DNA of 32,000 bases from Dickeya dadantii NCPPB 898 (GCF_000406145.1 NZ_CM001976.1:897260-929259), one strand, 5' to 3'; shown: positions 18,537 to 27,509, counted from the first letter of the stretch. Translations and numbers: made by a program. Notes: generated from the letters alone by a model not told the origin.

Positions 18537-19832
18537 ATGGAAAACATTGATGATTATCCGGTGAGCCGGGTTCCGGCGTCGGTCCGGTTGCCATTTTTCA
18601 ATGTGGCTTTGGTTCATATCGGCATGCTCACCGCGCTGGACCAGTTTATGCTGGGGGCGGTGCTGGGGAATTCGATGACGCTCGGCGAGGCGTTTCTGGC
18701 GATCGCCATCGGCAGCGCGATTTTCGGCGTCGTCACGCTGGGGCTGGGTTACGCGGGCATGAAGGAGGGATTGTCCGGCAGTTTGCTGGCGCGCTGGTGC
18801 GGTTTTGGCCGGATGGGGGCGGTGTTTATCGGCGCGATTATCGCCGTCAGCCTGTTGGGCTGGTTTGGCGTACAAAACGCGGTGTTTGCCAAATCGCTTA
18901 ATTTTGCGTTAGGCGATCAATTAGGGTTTGGCTGGTCGGCGGCGCTTTCCGGTTGTGTACTGACGTTACTGGTTACCTTCGGCTTCAGTGCGTTACGCTA
19001 CACCGCCAGAATTGCGGTGCCGTTGTTTATCATGGTAGTCGGCTATATTTCGACCATGACATTGACCGGGCATAACATTACCGAGTTGCTGCAAAAAAGC
19101 GTATCTGGCGAGGCTATTTCGGTGAGCGCCGGTGCGACCATGGTGGTCGGCGGTTGTATTGTGGCAAGTCTGATCACCCCTGACATGACGCGCTATTCTC
19201 GTCGCGGGCGGCATGTTTTCTGGATCACCATATTGTCGATCATTATCGGCGAATTTATCGTCAACGGACTGGCGATCCTGATTGCCCGCGCGCTCAATAC
19301 CGCCGACATCGTGACCATCATGTCGCAGACGGCGGGCGGTATCGGGCTGATTACGGTAATTTTTTCTACCTTGCGCATCAACGACATCAATCTGTATTCA
19401 TCGTCACTGGGTATTGCCAATGCGGTGGAAGGCATCACCGGCAGAAAGCTGAGTTACAAGGCCATCACGTTGTTGATCGGTTTTATCGGCACCTTTCTGT
19501 CGGTGATCGGCATTCTGGACCGGTTCGTGGATTTCCTGACATTGCTGGGGGTGTTCTTCCCGCCGGTTATCGGGGTGATGCTGGTGGATTACTATATTCT
19601 GCGTACCAGCCGGCGGTTGCTGGACGAAAGCCGTCGGCGCGGCGAACTACCGGATGCGGGCAGCACGCCCTACGTCGGCTGGCCGGCGATTATCGCCAGT
19701 CTGATGGGGAGCGCCGTTGGGTTGTTTACCGCATGGGGGATTCCGGCGCTGAATTCGCTGCTGGCGGCCAGTGTGCTGTACTGGATGATCAAGGCGACGT
19801 TACCGACGGCGAAATCCATCCGGGGTAGGTAA
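18537..19832 (+). CDS. NCS1-family nucleobase-type permease, CodB (cytosine permease)-like
   Basis: The polytopic product of about 431 aa is colinear with E. coli CodB (LARW.FG, GWFGVQ, TPDMTRY, INDINLYSSSLG.AN, PPVIGVMLVDYY). AAGGA lies 8 nt upstream of ATG 18537, with an alternative ATG at 18528. It starts 6-15 nt after the luxR-type stop. Confidence 0.85.
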   Translation: MENIDDYPVSRVPASVRLPFFNVALVHIGMLTALDQFMLGAVLGNSMTLGEAFLAIAIGSAIFGVVTLGLGYAGMKEGLSGSLLARWCGFGRMGAVFIGAIIAVSLLGWFGVQNAVFAKSLNFALGDQLGFGWSAALSGCVLTLLVTFGFSALRYTARIAVPLFIMVVGYISTMTLTGHNITELLQKSVSGEAISVSAGATMVVGGCIVASLITPDMTRYSRRGRHVFWITILSIIIGEFIVNGLAILIARALNTADIVTIMSQTAGGIGLITVIFSTLRINDINLYSSSLGIANAVEGITGRKLSYKAITLLIGFIGTFLSVIGILDRFVDFLTLLGVFFPPVIGVMLVDYYILRTSRRLLDESRRRGELPDAGSTPYVGWPAIIASLMGSAVGLFTAWGIPALNSLLAASVLYWMIKATLPTAKSIRGR

Positions 19833-19942
19833 TGCGACCGCTACGTTGATCATCCTTGCGAAAACAGTCACCTACGCTTTCCACCTTTATCGGTAAGGTT
19901 ATCCTGTTATCGTCAACATCGTCTGATATCATGTGAACAGAT

Positions 19943-19975
19943 TGAGGCGTGGTGGTCACGCCTCGCGTCTTTTAT
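19943..19975 (+). terminator. Terminator after the permease gene
   Basis: GAGGCGTG-GTGGT-CACGCCTC forms an 8-bp stem, followed by GCGTCTTTTATT. Confidence 0.6.
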
Positions 19976-20058
19976 TGATATAGCAGCATTGAGATAGCAG
20001 CCCGGCATGGTTTGCCGGCGCGCGCGAAACTGCACCGAGTAATGTGAGGAAGCAACAG

Positions 20059-20958
20059 ATGACACAAATTCAAAGCGGTATTTTGCTGGAGCATCGCCGT
20101 TTTGCCATCTTCATGGAGGCTATGGTACAGGGTGAATTTGATGCCATCCGCCAGGGGTGTAAGAAGTTTTGTCAGGCGCTGACCGAGTTGCAGCAACGTT
20201 TCCCTGACGCGGGTCTTGGCGCGGTGATCGCCTTTGGCTACGACGTCTGGCGCGAACTGGATAGCGACAACAGCGCGCAGGAACTCAAACCCTTCACGCC
20301 GCTGGGTAACGGACTGGCGCCGGCCACTCAGCGCGACATGCTGATTCACATCCAGTCGTTGCGTCATGACGTCAACTTTTCGCTGGCGCAGGCGGTGCTG
20401 GCGGCATTCGGCAACACCATCAACATCGAAGAGGAAACCCACGGCTTTCGCTGGGTGGAAGACCGCGATCTGAGCGGTTTTGTCGACGGCACCGAAAATC
20501 CGCAGGGCGACGCCCGGCGTGACGTCGCCATCGTGCCGGACGGTCAGGCGGGTGAAGGCGGCAGCTACGTGTTTGTCCAGCGCTGGGAACACAATCTGCG
20601 CCAGTTGAATCGCATGAGCGTGGAACAGCAGGAACAGATGATCGGCCGCACCAAACACGATAACGAAGAGCTGTCGTCCGAGTCGCGGCCAGTGACCTCG
20701 CACCTGAGCCGCGTCGACCTCAAGGAAGACGGCAAAGGGCTGAAAATCCTGCGTCAGAGCCTGCCTTACGGCACCGCCAGCGGCAAGCACGGCCTGTATT
20801 TCACGGCTTACTGCGCCCGTCTCTACAACATTGAGCAGCAACTGCTGAGCATGTTCGGCGACCGCGACGGCAAACGCGACGATATGCTGCGCTTTACCCG
20901 CGCGGTCAGCGGCAGTTACTTCTTTGCCCCTTCTATTGATCGTCTATTGTCGCTATAA
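20059..20958 (+). CDS. yfeX: Dye-decolorizing (DyP-type) peroxidase / porphyrinogen oxidase YfeX
   Basis: The product is 299 aa from ATG 20059 (GAGGA 8 nt upstream), the same length as E. coli YfeX. It starts [12 protein letters not shown], contains the DyP motif GFVDGTENP, and ends FFAPS. Confidence 0.9.
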   Translation: MTQIQSGILLEHRRFAIFMEAMVQGEFDAIRQGCKKFCQALTELQQRFPDAGLGAVIAFGYDVWRELDSDNSAQELKPFTPLGNGLAPATQRDMLIHIQSLRHDVNFSLAQAVLAAFGNTINIEEETHGFRWVEDRDLSGFVDGTENPQGDARRDVAIVPDGQAGEGGSYVFVQRWEHNLRQLNRMSVEQQEQMIGRTKHDNEELSSESRPVTSHLSRVDLKEDGKGLKILRQSLPYGTASGKHGLYFTAYCARLYNIEQQLLSMFGDRDGKRDDMLRFTRAVSGSYFFAPSIDRLLSL

Positions 20959-20980
20959 CAGAATCCGGTTTTGCTACAGT

Positions 20981-21010
20981 CAGGCACTGCACCGCGGTGC
21001 CTGTTTTTTT
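20981..21010 (+). terminator. Rho-independent terminator after yfeX
   Basis: The CAGGCAC ... GTGCCTG stem is followed by an 8-T run ending at 21010. Only 33 nt separate it from the cysM start. Confidence 0.75.
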
Positions 21011-21043
21011 GGCGCCGCCTGACGCCCCCCCCGGAGAGAAAAT

Positions 21044-21925
21044 GTGACCACGCTTGAACACTGCGTCGGCAATACGCCGCTGATTAAATTACAACGTTTG
21101 GCTCAGCACACCGGCAGCGAAATCTGGCTGAAGCTGGAGGGCAATAATCCGGCCGGTTCGGTGAAGGATCGGGCGGCGTTGTCGATGATCCGGCAGGCGG
21201 AGCATCGGGGCGAGATTACGCCGGGCGACACGTTGATTGAGGCCACCAGCGGCAACACCGGTATCGCGCTGGCGATGGTGGCGGCGATGAAAGGCTACCG
21301 GCTGCGTCTGCTGATGCCGGAAAACATGAGCCTGGAACGGCAGGCCGCGATGCGCGCCTACGGTGCGGAACTGTTGCTGGTCAGCCAGCAACAGGGAATG
21401 GAGGGCGCGCGCGATCTGGCCCGGCAGATGGCGCAGGCGGGTGAAGGCAAGCTGCTCGACCAGTTCAACAACCCGGACAACCCGCTGGCGCACTTCACCA
21501 CCACCGGCCCGGAAATCTGGCGGCAAACGCAGGGGCGCCTCACCCATTTCGTTTCCTGCATGGGCACCACCGGCACCATCACCGGCGTGAGTCGTTACCT
21601 GAAAAGCCAGAGCGAAACGGTGTGTACCGTCGGGCTACAGCCGCAGGACGGTAGTCAGATCCCCGGGATCCGTCGCTGGTCGCCGGACTATATGCCGGGT
21701 ATCTTTCAGCCACAGCTAGTGGACCGGATTATGGATATGTCGCAGCAGGAGGCGGAAACCACCATGCAACAACTGGCGCGGGTGGAAGGGGTGTTCTGCG
21801 GCGTCAGCTCCGGCGGCGCGGTGGCGGGCGCGCTGCGTATCGCCGCCGAACAGCCCGGCAGCCTGATCGTCACCGTGGTGTGCGACCGCGGCGATCGTTA
21901 CTTGTCTACCGGTGTGTTTGGCTGA
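21044..21925 (+). CDS. cysM: Cysteine synthase B (O-acetylserine sulfhydrylase B)
   Basis: The start is GTG, with GGAGAG upstream. TTLEHCVGNTPLIKLQRL...LKLEGNNPAGSVKDRAALSMI (PLP lysine motif) ...SGNTGIALAM...CDRGDRYLSTGVF is colinear with E. coli CysM. The product is 293 aa and lacks the last 10 or so residues of the E. coli protein. Confidence 0.92.
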   Translation: MTTLEHCVGNTPLIKLQRLAQHTGSEIWLKLEGNNPAGSVKDRAALSMIRQAEHRGEITPGDTLIEATSGNTGIALAMVAAMKGYRLRLLMPENMSLERQAAMRAYGAELLLVSQQQGMEGARDLARQMAQAGEGKLLDQFNNPDNPLAHFTTTGPEIWRQTQGRLTHFVSCMGTTGTITGVSRYLKSQSETVCTVGLQPQDGSQIPGIRRWSPDYMPGIFQPQLVDRIMDMSQQEAETTMQQLARVEGVFCGVSSGGAVAGALRIAAEQPGSLIVTVVCDRGDRYLSTGVFG

Positions 21926-21960
21926 CGGATAGACGCCAGCCATCACCGCTATCCCGGCGG

Positions 21961-23907
21961 TTATTCCCGTTCCAGCGCGTGAATCGGTTGCAACTGGGCC
22001 GCACGGCGCGCCGGGAAGAAGCCGAAAATCACGCCAATCAGGCTGGAACAGAGAAACGCCGCCACCATTGAGGTGGGAGAGTAAAGGAACGCCACGCTGC
22101 TGACGCGGCTGGCGATGGCGCCCGCCAGCAACGATAGCATTACGCCCAATACCCCGCCGCACAGGCACACCAGCACCGCCTCAATCAGAAACTGCTGCAT
22201 GATGTCGCCGGTACGCGCGCCGACCGCCATGCGTACGCCTATCTCCCGCGTGCGCTCGGTCACTGACACCAGCATGATGTTCATCACGCCGATGCCGCCG
22301 ACAATCAGCGAAATCAGCGCGATGGCGGACACCAGCAGCGTCATGGTGGCGGTGGTCTGCCGGATGGTTTGACGGATGCTGTCGGTGTTCATGACGAAGA
22401 AATCCTTGTTGCCGTGCTGGCGGGTCAAAATCTGGGTGATGCCCTGTTGCACCACGCTCAGGTCGATGTTGTCTTTAACCCTTACGGTAATGCTGCGCAG
22501 GTACGACTGGCCGACCATGCGACGCATCACGGTGGTGTAGGGCACCCAGATATTCAGGTTTTCATCGCTGCCGAAGCCAGACTGTTTACGGGTGGCGACG
22601 CCGATAATGCGACAGGGCAACGTGCCGAGAAAAATCACCTGTCCAAGCGGGTTCTCGCCGTTGGGGAATAATTTATTGCGGGTGTTCTGATCGATCACCG
22701 CCTCCTGCGTCAGGCGTTCAACGCTGAGCGACGAGAAACCGTTGCCTTGCGACAGAACATAACCGCGCACGGTGAAGAACTGCTCGCCCACGCCGCTGAC
22801 GCTGACCGATACCGCTTTACTGGCGTAACGCAGCGTTACCGAGGTGGAGACGGTGGGCGTGACGCTGTGGATATAGGGTTGCTGTTCCAGCGGCCGCAAG
22901 TCGTTGACGCGCAGCGTCTGAATAGCGGCGGAGCGCATATCGCCGAAATCCTTGCCGGGAAAGATCTCCAGCGTACTGGTGCCCATGGCGTTGATGTGTT
23001 CCAGCACCTGCTGCTGCGAGCCTTTGCCGAGCGCCACCACCGACACCACCGAGGCGATGCCGATAATAATTCCCAGCATGGTCAGGAAGGTGCGCATCCG
23101 CTGGGCGTTCATGGCGCGCAGCGCCATCCTGAAGGCATTCTGCAGCCGGTCGTACCCGCTGGTCAGCGTTCTGGCCGGTAGCGGCGCCGGGGGAGTCGGG
23201 GGCGCCGGCGTCATGTCGTCGGCCGTTTTGCGGTCGGCCACGATTTCACCGTCGTGAATCTCGATGATGCGGCCGGCCATCCGGGCGATGCGCATATCGT
23301 GGGTGACCAGCACGATGGTATGCCCTTGCTGATGCAGCTCGTGAAGAATCGACAGCACTTCCTCGCCGCTGGCGCTGTCGAGCGCGCCGGTGGGTTCGTC
23401 CGCCAGAATCACCTGGCCGCCGTTGATCAGCGCGCGGGCGATGCTGACGCGCTGTTGTTGCCCGCCCGATAGCTGGCTGGGCGAGTCCCGCAGGCGACCG
23501 GCGAGGCCGAGTCTCGCCAGCAGGGCGGCGGCGCGCTGGCGGCGTTCGTGGCGAGACTGACCGGCATACACCGCTGGCATTTCTACGTTGTCGCCGACGT
23601 TCAGGTCATTAAGCAGGTGATAACGCTGGAAGATGAACCCGAAGTGCTCGCGGCGCAACGCGGCAAGCTGGTCGTCATTGAGCGTCAGGGTGGAAACGCC
23701 GGCAACCTGATAATCCCCCTGCGTCGGTTTATCCAGACAACCGAGAATATTCATCAGCGTGGATTTGCCGGAGCCGGATGCGCCGACAATCGCCACCATT
23801 TCACCGGCATGAATCGTCAGATTGATGTTTTTCAGCACATCGACGCGTTGTTCACCGTTGATAAAGCGGCGGTGGAGCCGGCGCAGCGCTAACAGAGGCG
23901 TGCTCAT
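21961..23907 (-). CDS. macB: Macrolide/peptide export ABC transporter MacB (fused N-terminal ATPase and FtsX-type permease)
   Basis: The product is 648 aa, the same length as E. coli MacB. Matching blocks are [60 protein letters not shown] and a C-terminal 4-TM FtsX domain ending in ALERE. Confidence 0.93.
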   Translation of the reverse strand: MSTPLLALRRLHRRFINGEQRVDVLKNINLTIHAGEMVAIVGASGSGKSTLMNILGCLDKPTQGDYQVAGVSTLTLNDDQLAALRREHFGFIFQRYHLLNDLNVGDNVEMPAVYAGQSRHERRQRAAALLARLGLAGRLRDSPSQLSGGQQQRVSIARALINGGQVILADEPTGALDSASGEEVLSILHELHQQGHTIVLVTHDMRIARMAGRIIEIHDGEIVADRKTADDMTPAPPTPPAPLPARTLTSGYDRLQNAFRMALRAMNAQRMRTFLTMLGIIIGIASVVSVVALGKGSQQQVLEHINAMGTSTLEIFPGKDFGDMRSAAIQTLRVNDLRPLEQQPYIHSVTPTVSTSVTLRYASKAVSVSVSGVGEQFFTVRGYVLSQGNGFSSLSVERLTQEAVIDQNTRNKLFPNGENPLGQVIFLGTLPCRIIGVATRKQSGFGSDENLNIWVPYTTVMRRMVGQSYLRSITVRVKDNIDLSVVQQGITQILTRQHGNKDFFVMNTDSIRQTIRQTTATMTLLVSAIALISLIVGGIGVMNIMLVSVTERTREIGVRMAVGARTGDIMQQFLIEAVLVCLCGGVLGVMLSLLAGAIASRVSSVAFLYSPTSMVAAFLCSSLIGVIFGFFPARRAAQLQPIHALERE

Positions 23908-23910
23908 GGC

Positions 23911-25128
23911 TTAAAACCCCATCGGCGGCGGCGGTGCAGACGACGCGCCGCTACTGTCGCTTGCCGTCTGTTGGCTGATCACCACCTCCTCGCCGGGCTG
24001 CACGCCGGAGAGCAGTTGGATATACGCGTTGTCGCTGATGCCGGTGGTCACTTCGCGTAGTTCCGGCCGGCCTTGCGGCTGGGTCACCTGGACAAACAGT
24101 TTTCCCTGGCGGTTAATCAGCGCGCTGACCGGCGCCACGATGGCGCGTTTGGCTTCCGATAGCAGAATATAAACCTGTGCGGTCATGGAAATGCGCAGGG
24201 TTTCGTCCGGGTTGTCGACATCGAACAGGCCGTTGTAGTAGATGGCGGAGCTGGAGGAGCTGCTGCTGGTACTGCTGGTGGTGGTACCACTGCCGCTGGT
24301 GCTGCTGCTGTCGCTGCTGATGGATTCCGGCGCCGGTTCGATGGCGCGCAGCACCGCCTGATAGCGCTTGTTCGGATTGCCGAGAATAGTGAACCACACC
24401 GGCATGCCGGTCCTGACGTTGATAACGTCCGCTTCCGAAATTTTGGCTTCAATCGTCATGGTGTCGAGGTTGGCGACCTTGGCGATGGTCGGCGCGCTCT
24501 GCACCGCGTTGACGGTTTGTCCCTGTTCGACCGGCAACGCCACCACGGTGCCGTTCATCGGCGAGACAATCTTGGTGTAACCCAGATTGACCTGCGCGGT
24601 GTTGACGGCGATTTTCGCTCGTACAATCTGGGCGTCCAACGCGTCGATATCGGCCTGCGTGGCGTCCAGCGTGGCTTTGGCGCTGTCGTAATCCGCCTGC
24701 GCGCCGACGCCTTTCTGCATCAGACTGTGCTGGCGTTGCCAACTGAGCTGGTTATTGCGCAGCGTGGCCTGTCTGGAGGCACGTTGCGCCTGAATGTTAT
24801 CCAGCGCCGCCTTGCTGTCCCGCAGCGTGTTCTGCTGGGTTAAATCGTCGATTTCGGCCAGCAACTGCCCCTGTTTCACCTTATCGCCCAGCGAGACATG
24901 CAATGCTTTGATTTGCCCAGAAACCTGCGCGCCGACGCTCACCAGTTTACGCGCGTTGACGGTACCGTCGGCCAGCACGGTCTGTTGCAGATCGCGGACA
25001 TCCACCGTGGCCGTAATATAATTCGGCGGGGGCGCCGGTCGGGACAGGCGAAAGGCGACGAACAGGGTAAGCGCGGCAAGGCCGGTCAGAATCCACCAGA
25101 AACGGCTGGAGCGGGGTCGGTATCTCAT
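23911..25128 (-). CDS. macA: MacA periplasmic adaptor (membrane fusion protein) with a Ser/Thr-rich insertion
   Basis: This is an HlyD/MFP-type protein located 3 nt upstream of macB. I prefer the start at MRYRPRSSRFWWIL (ATG 25128), because a basic N-terminus followed by a TM segment resembles E. coli MacA. The ORF-track start at 25176 is the alternative, and neither has a good SD. The protein contains a coiled-coil hairpin, a lipoyl domain and a beta-barrel. Confidence 0.85.
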   Translation of the reverse strand: MRYRPRSSRFWWILTGLAALTLFVAFRLSRPAPPPNYITATVDVRDLQQTVLADGTVNARKLVSVGAQVSGQIKALHVSLGDKVKQGQLLAEIDDLTQQNTLRDSKAALDNIQAQRASRQATLRNNQLSWQRQHSLMQKGVGAQADYDSAKATLDATQADIDALDAQIVRAKIAVNTAQVNLGYTKIVSPMNGTVVALPVEQGQTVNAVQSAPTIAKVANLDTMTIEAKISEADVINVRTGMPVWFTILGNPNKRYQAVLRAIEPAPESISSDSSSTSGSGTTTSSTSSSSSSSAIYYNGLFDVDNPDETLRISMTAQVYILLSEAKRAIVAPVSALINRQGKLFVQVTQPQGRPELREVTTGISDNAYIQLLSGVQPGEEVVISQQTASDSSGASSAPPPPMGF

Positions 25129-25275
25129 CAAAACAGAAGCATCCTTGGCTGAGTAAAACGCCGAAACGAAGAACATAGACAGAACACGCGGCGTGTCCCT
25201 GAATCAGGGAACACGGGCTACGTATAATTTACCCGTCATCCCGCTTCGGATGCGTTATGTTTTGAACAATGAAAG

Positions 25276-25291
25276 GTAAGGATTCCGTAAA
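25276..25291. promoter_or_regulatory. Direct repeat GTAAG-N6-GTAAA (CpxR-box-like) in the macA / response-regulator intergenic region
   Basis: The sequence reads GTAAGGATTCCGTAAA. The CpxR consensus is GTAAA-N5-GTAAA, so this site has one mismatch and one extra spacer nucleotide. It lies 65 nt upstream of the response-regulator ATG. Confidence 0.3.
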
Positions 25292-25355
25292 TGGTGCTGC
25301 GCGGATTGCAACCAGCCCTGACAATAGGAGCGGTAACAATGCATGGGAATGAAAT

Positions 25356-26036
25356 ATGAAAATTTTACTGGTAGACGATGACGCTGAACTGGGGCACATG
25401 CTGTGTGAATACCTCACGGCGGAAGGGTTCAGCACTTCACAGGTGATGACCGGCAAGGAAGGGGTGGACGGCGCCATGTCCGATCAGTATACCGCGATGA
25501 TTTTGGACATCATGCTGCCGGATATGAGCGGAATTGACGTACTGCGGCAGGTGCGTCGCAACCGCTCGATTCCCATCATTATGCTGACGGCCAAGGGCGA
25601 TAATATCGATCGCGTGATCGGGCTGGAAATGGGGGCAGATGATTATGTGCCGAAGCCCTGCTATCCGCGAGAGTTGGTGGCGCGTCTGCGCGCGGTGCTG
25701 CGCCGTTATGAAGACAAGGCGGAAAAAAGCGAAGACACCGGGACGTTGAACTATGGCGAGCTGGCGATCTGCCCTTCCACCCGCAGCAGCGAGTGGCGCG
25801 GCAAGGCGTTTGATCTTACCGCTTCGGAATTCAACCTGCTGGAGCTGCTGATGCGCTCGTCCGAGCGGGTGGTGACCAAGGATGAGCTGTCGGAGAAATG
25901 CCTGGGACGCCGTCGGGAAGCTTATGACCGCAGCGTGGATGTGCACATCAGCAATATTCGTCAAAAGCTGGCGGCGCTGGATGGGTGTAACCTGACCATC
26001 GAGACGGTGCGCAGCGTCGGATACCGGATTCGTTAA
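25356..26036 (+). CDS. OmpR-family response regulator, CpxR-like
   Basis: The receiver domain reads MKILLVDDD...ILDIMLPDMSGIDVL...IIMLTAKGDNIDRVIGLEMGADDYVPKP, and the winged-helix output reads YDRSVDVHISNIRQKL...VRSVGYRI. By eye it is about half identical to E. coli CpxR. Confidence 0.88.
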   Translation: MKILLVDDDAELGHMLCEYLTAEGFSTSQVMTGKEGVDGAMSDQYTAMILDIMLPDMSGIDVLRQVRRNRSIPIIMLTAKGDNIDRVIGLEMGADDYVPKPCYPRELVARLRAVLRRYEDKAEKSEDTGTLNYGELAICPSTRSSEWRGKAFDLTASEFNLLELLMRSSERVVTKDELSEKCLGRRREAYDRSVDVHISNIRQKLAALDGCNLTIETVRSVGYRIR

Positions 26037-26038
26037 TT

Positions 26039-27442
26039 ATGCATGGAAGGCTGTTCTGGAAGATCCTGCTTGGCTTGTGGCTGACGTTCTTCGTCATTTC
26101 ACAACTGCTGTGGGTAGGGTTCTCATTTTACGGCGAGCGCCCCGAGCCGCCGGAAGTGCGTCAGGGAAAACATACCATGTCGTTGCAAATGGCGCTGGCG
26201 GCGCAGGCGCTGCGTCAGGGGGGGATGGCTGAGCTGGGTCGTACCCTGGCCGACTGGCCGAAGAACGAACGTGTCTATATCAACGTTTCGGTTATCGGCG
26301 ATAACGAAGATATGGCTGGGAATACCTCGCTGCCGGGAATGGGGATACCGGGTGGGCCACTTGGGCGACCCGAGCTGCCGGGGTTTGGGCCGGGGCCGGA
26401 TGGGTTACTGGATCAATTTGAGAAGATGTCGAAGCAGGTGGTGGACGGCCCCGATGGGCAGCGTTACCGGATTAGCTTCGATACCACTCGCTGGCGGAAT
26501 GATGTCATACCGAAGGACATCCCTGCGCCGTTGCCGTTTTTCCTGCATTTGCCGCCGCCGATGATCTGGATTGGCGCGCTGGGCGGCCTGTTGTTCAGCG
26601 GCATGCTGGCCTGGAATCTGGCGCGTCCGCTGAGCCGGTTGCGGGCCAGTTTTGAGCGGGTCGCACAGGGAGACCTGTCGGTACGGCTTTATCCGTCGAT
26701 GCGTCGCCGCCACGATGAGATCGGCGATGTAGCGCGCGATTTTGACGCGATGGTTGGCCGCCTGTCGGTGCTGGTCGGCGCGCGCGAGCAACTGCTGCAC
26801 GATGTCTCCCACGAGTTGCGATCGCCGCTGGCCCGGCTGCAACTGGCGATAGGGCTGGCGCGGCAGAATCCCGACAACGTGGAAAATGCGTTGCAGCGCA
26901 TCGAGCGTGAAGCGGAACGGATGGACAAGATGATCGGCGAAGTGCTTACGCTGTCCCGTGCCGAAAACAACGCGGTCAACAACGAAGAGTATTTCGACCT
27001 GCTCGGGCTGGTGAATGCGGTAGTCAACGATGCCCGTTACGAAGCGCAGGTGCCGGGGGTGGATATCGCGCTCAGCATCAGCGATTACGACGATTACACC
27101 GTCAAGGGTTCGGCGGAGCTGATGCGGCATGCGCTGGATAATATTATCCGCAATGCGTTGCGTTTCTCTTCGCGCGGTCAGCAGGTGTTGGTCACGCTGT
27201 CACGGGATGAGAAAGAGTGGTGTATCGGCGTAGCGGATCGCGGGCCGGGCGTGGAAGAAAGCAAGCTCTCCAGCATTTTCGATCCCTTCATGCGCATTGA
27301 TTCGCCGCAGTCGGGCAAAGGTTACGGACTCGGGCTGGCTATCGCCCGCAAGGCGGTGGTGGCGCACGGCGGCCGCATCGAAGCGGAGAATCGCGACCAG
27401 GGCGGGTTGCAGATCCGTATCTGCATTCCTCGCTGGCAGTAG
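26039..27442 (+). CDS. Sensor histidine kinase, CpxA-like (2 TM, periplasmic loop, HAMP, HisKA, HATPase)
   Basis: It starts 2 nt after the response-regulator stop. The H-box is LLHDVSHELRSPLARL, the N-box is IIRNALRFS, G1 is DRGPGV and G2 is GYGLGLAIA. The periplasmic loop contains a Gly/Pro-rich stretch. Confidence 0.88.
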   Translation: MHGRLFWKILLGLWLTFFVISQLLWVGFSFYGERPEPPEVRQGKHTMSLQMALAAQALRQGGMAELGRTLADWPKNERVYINVSVIGDNEDMAGNTSLPGMGIPGGPLGRPELPGFGPGPDGLLDQFEKMSKQVVDGPDGQRYRISFDTTRWRNDVIPKDIPAPLPFFLHLPPPMIWIGALGGLLFSGMLAWNLARPLSRLRASFERVAQGDLSVRLYPSMRRRHDEIGDVARDFDAMVGRLSVLVGAREQLLHDVSHELRSPLARLQLAIGLARQNPDNVENALQRIEREAERMDKMIGEVLTLSRAENNAVNNEEYFDLLGLVNAVVNDARYEAQVPGVDIALSISDYDDYTVKGSAELMRHALDNIIRNALRFSSRGQQVLVTLSRDEKEWCIGVADRGPGVEESKLSSIFDPFMRIDSPQSGKGYGLGLAIARKAVVAHGGRIEAENRDQGGLQIRICIPRWQ

Positions 27443-27470
27443 CCTGGCTTACTGATTCCTGTAGCAAGTT

Positions 27471-27509
27471 GACGCCAAAACAGCCACTGCCCTGTGGTGA
27501 TTTGGCGTC
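27471..27509. terminator. Stem-loop between the convergent kinase and crotonase genes
   Basis: A 9-bp stem GACGCCAAA / TTTGGCGTC encloses an inner CCAC..GTGG pairing. Neither side has a clear U-tract. Confidence 0.45.

Noticed and set aside
19972-20841. A 289-aa ORF antisense to yfeX. Similar shadow ORFs occur at 26405-27130 (in the kinase) and 30848-31600 (in ptsI).
   Set aside because: These are shadow frames of well-supported genes with no independent signals.
24113-24452. Alternative-frame ORFs (94 aa, 89 aa) rich in Gln/His or Ala/Pro across the macA repeat tract.
   Set aside because: They are artefacts of the trinucleotide-repeat region read in other frames. The MacA frame is continuous and homologous on both sides.
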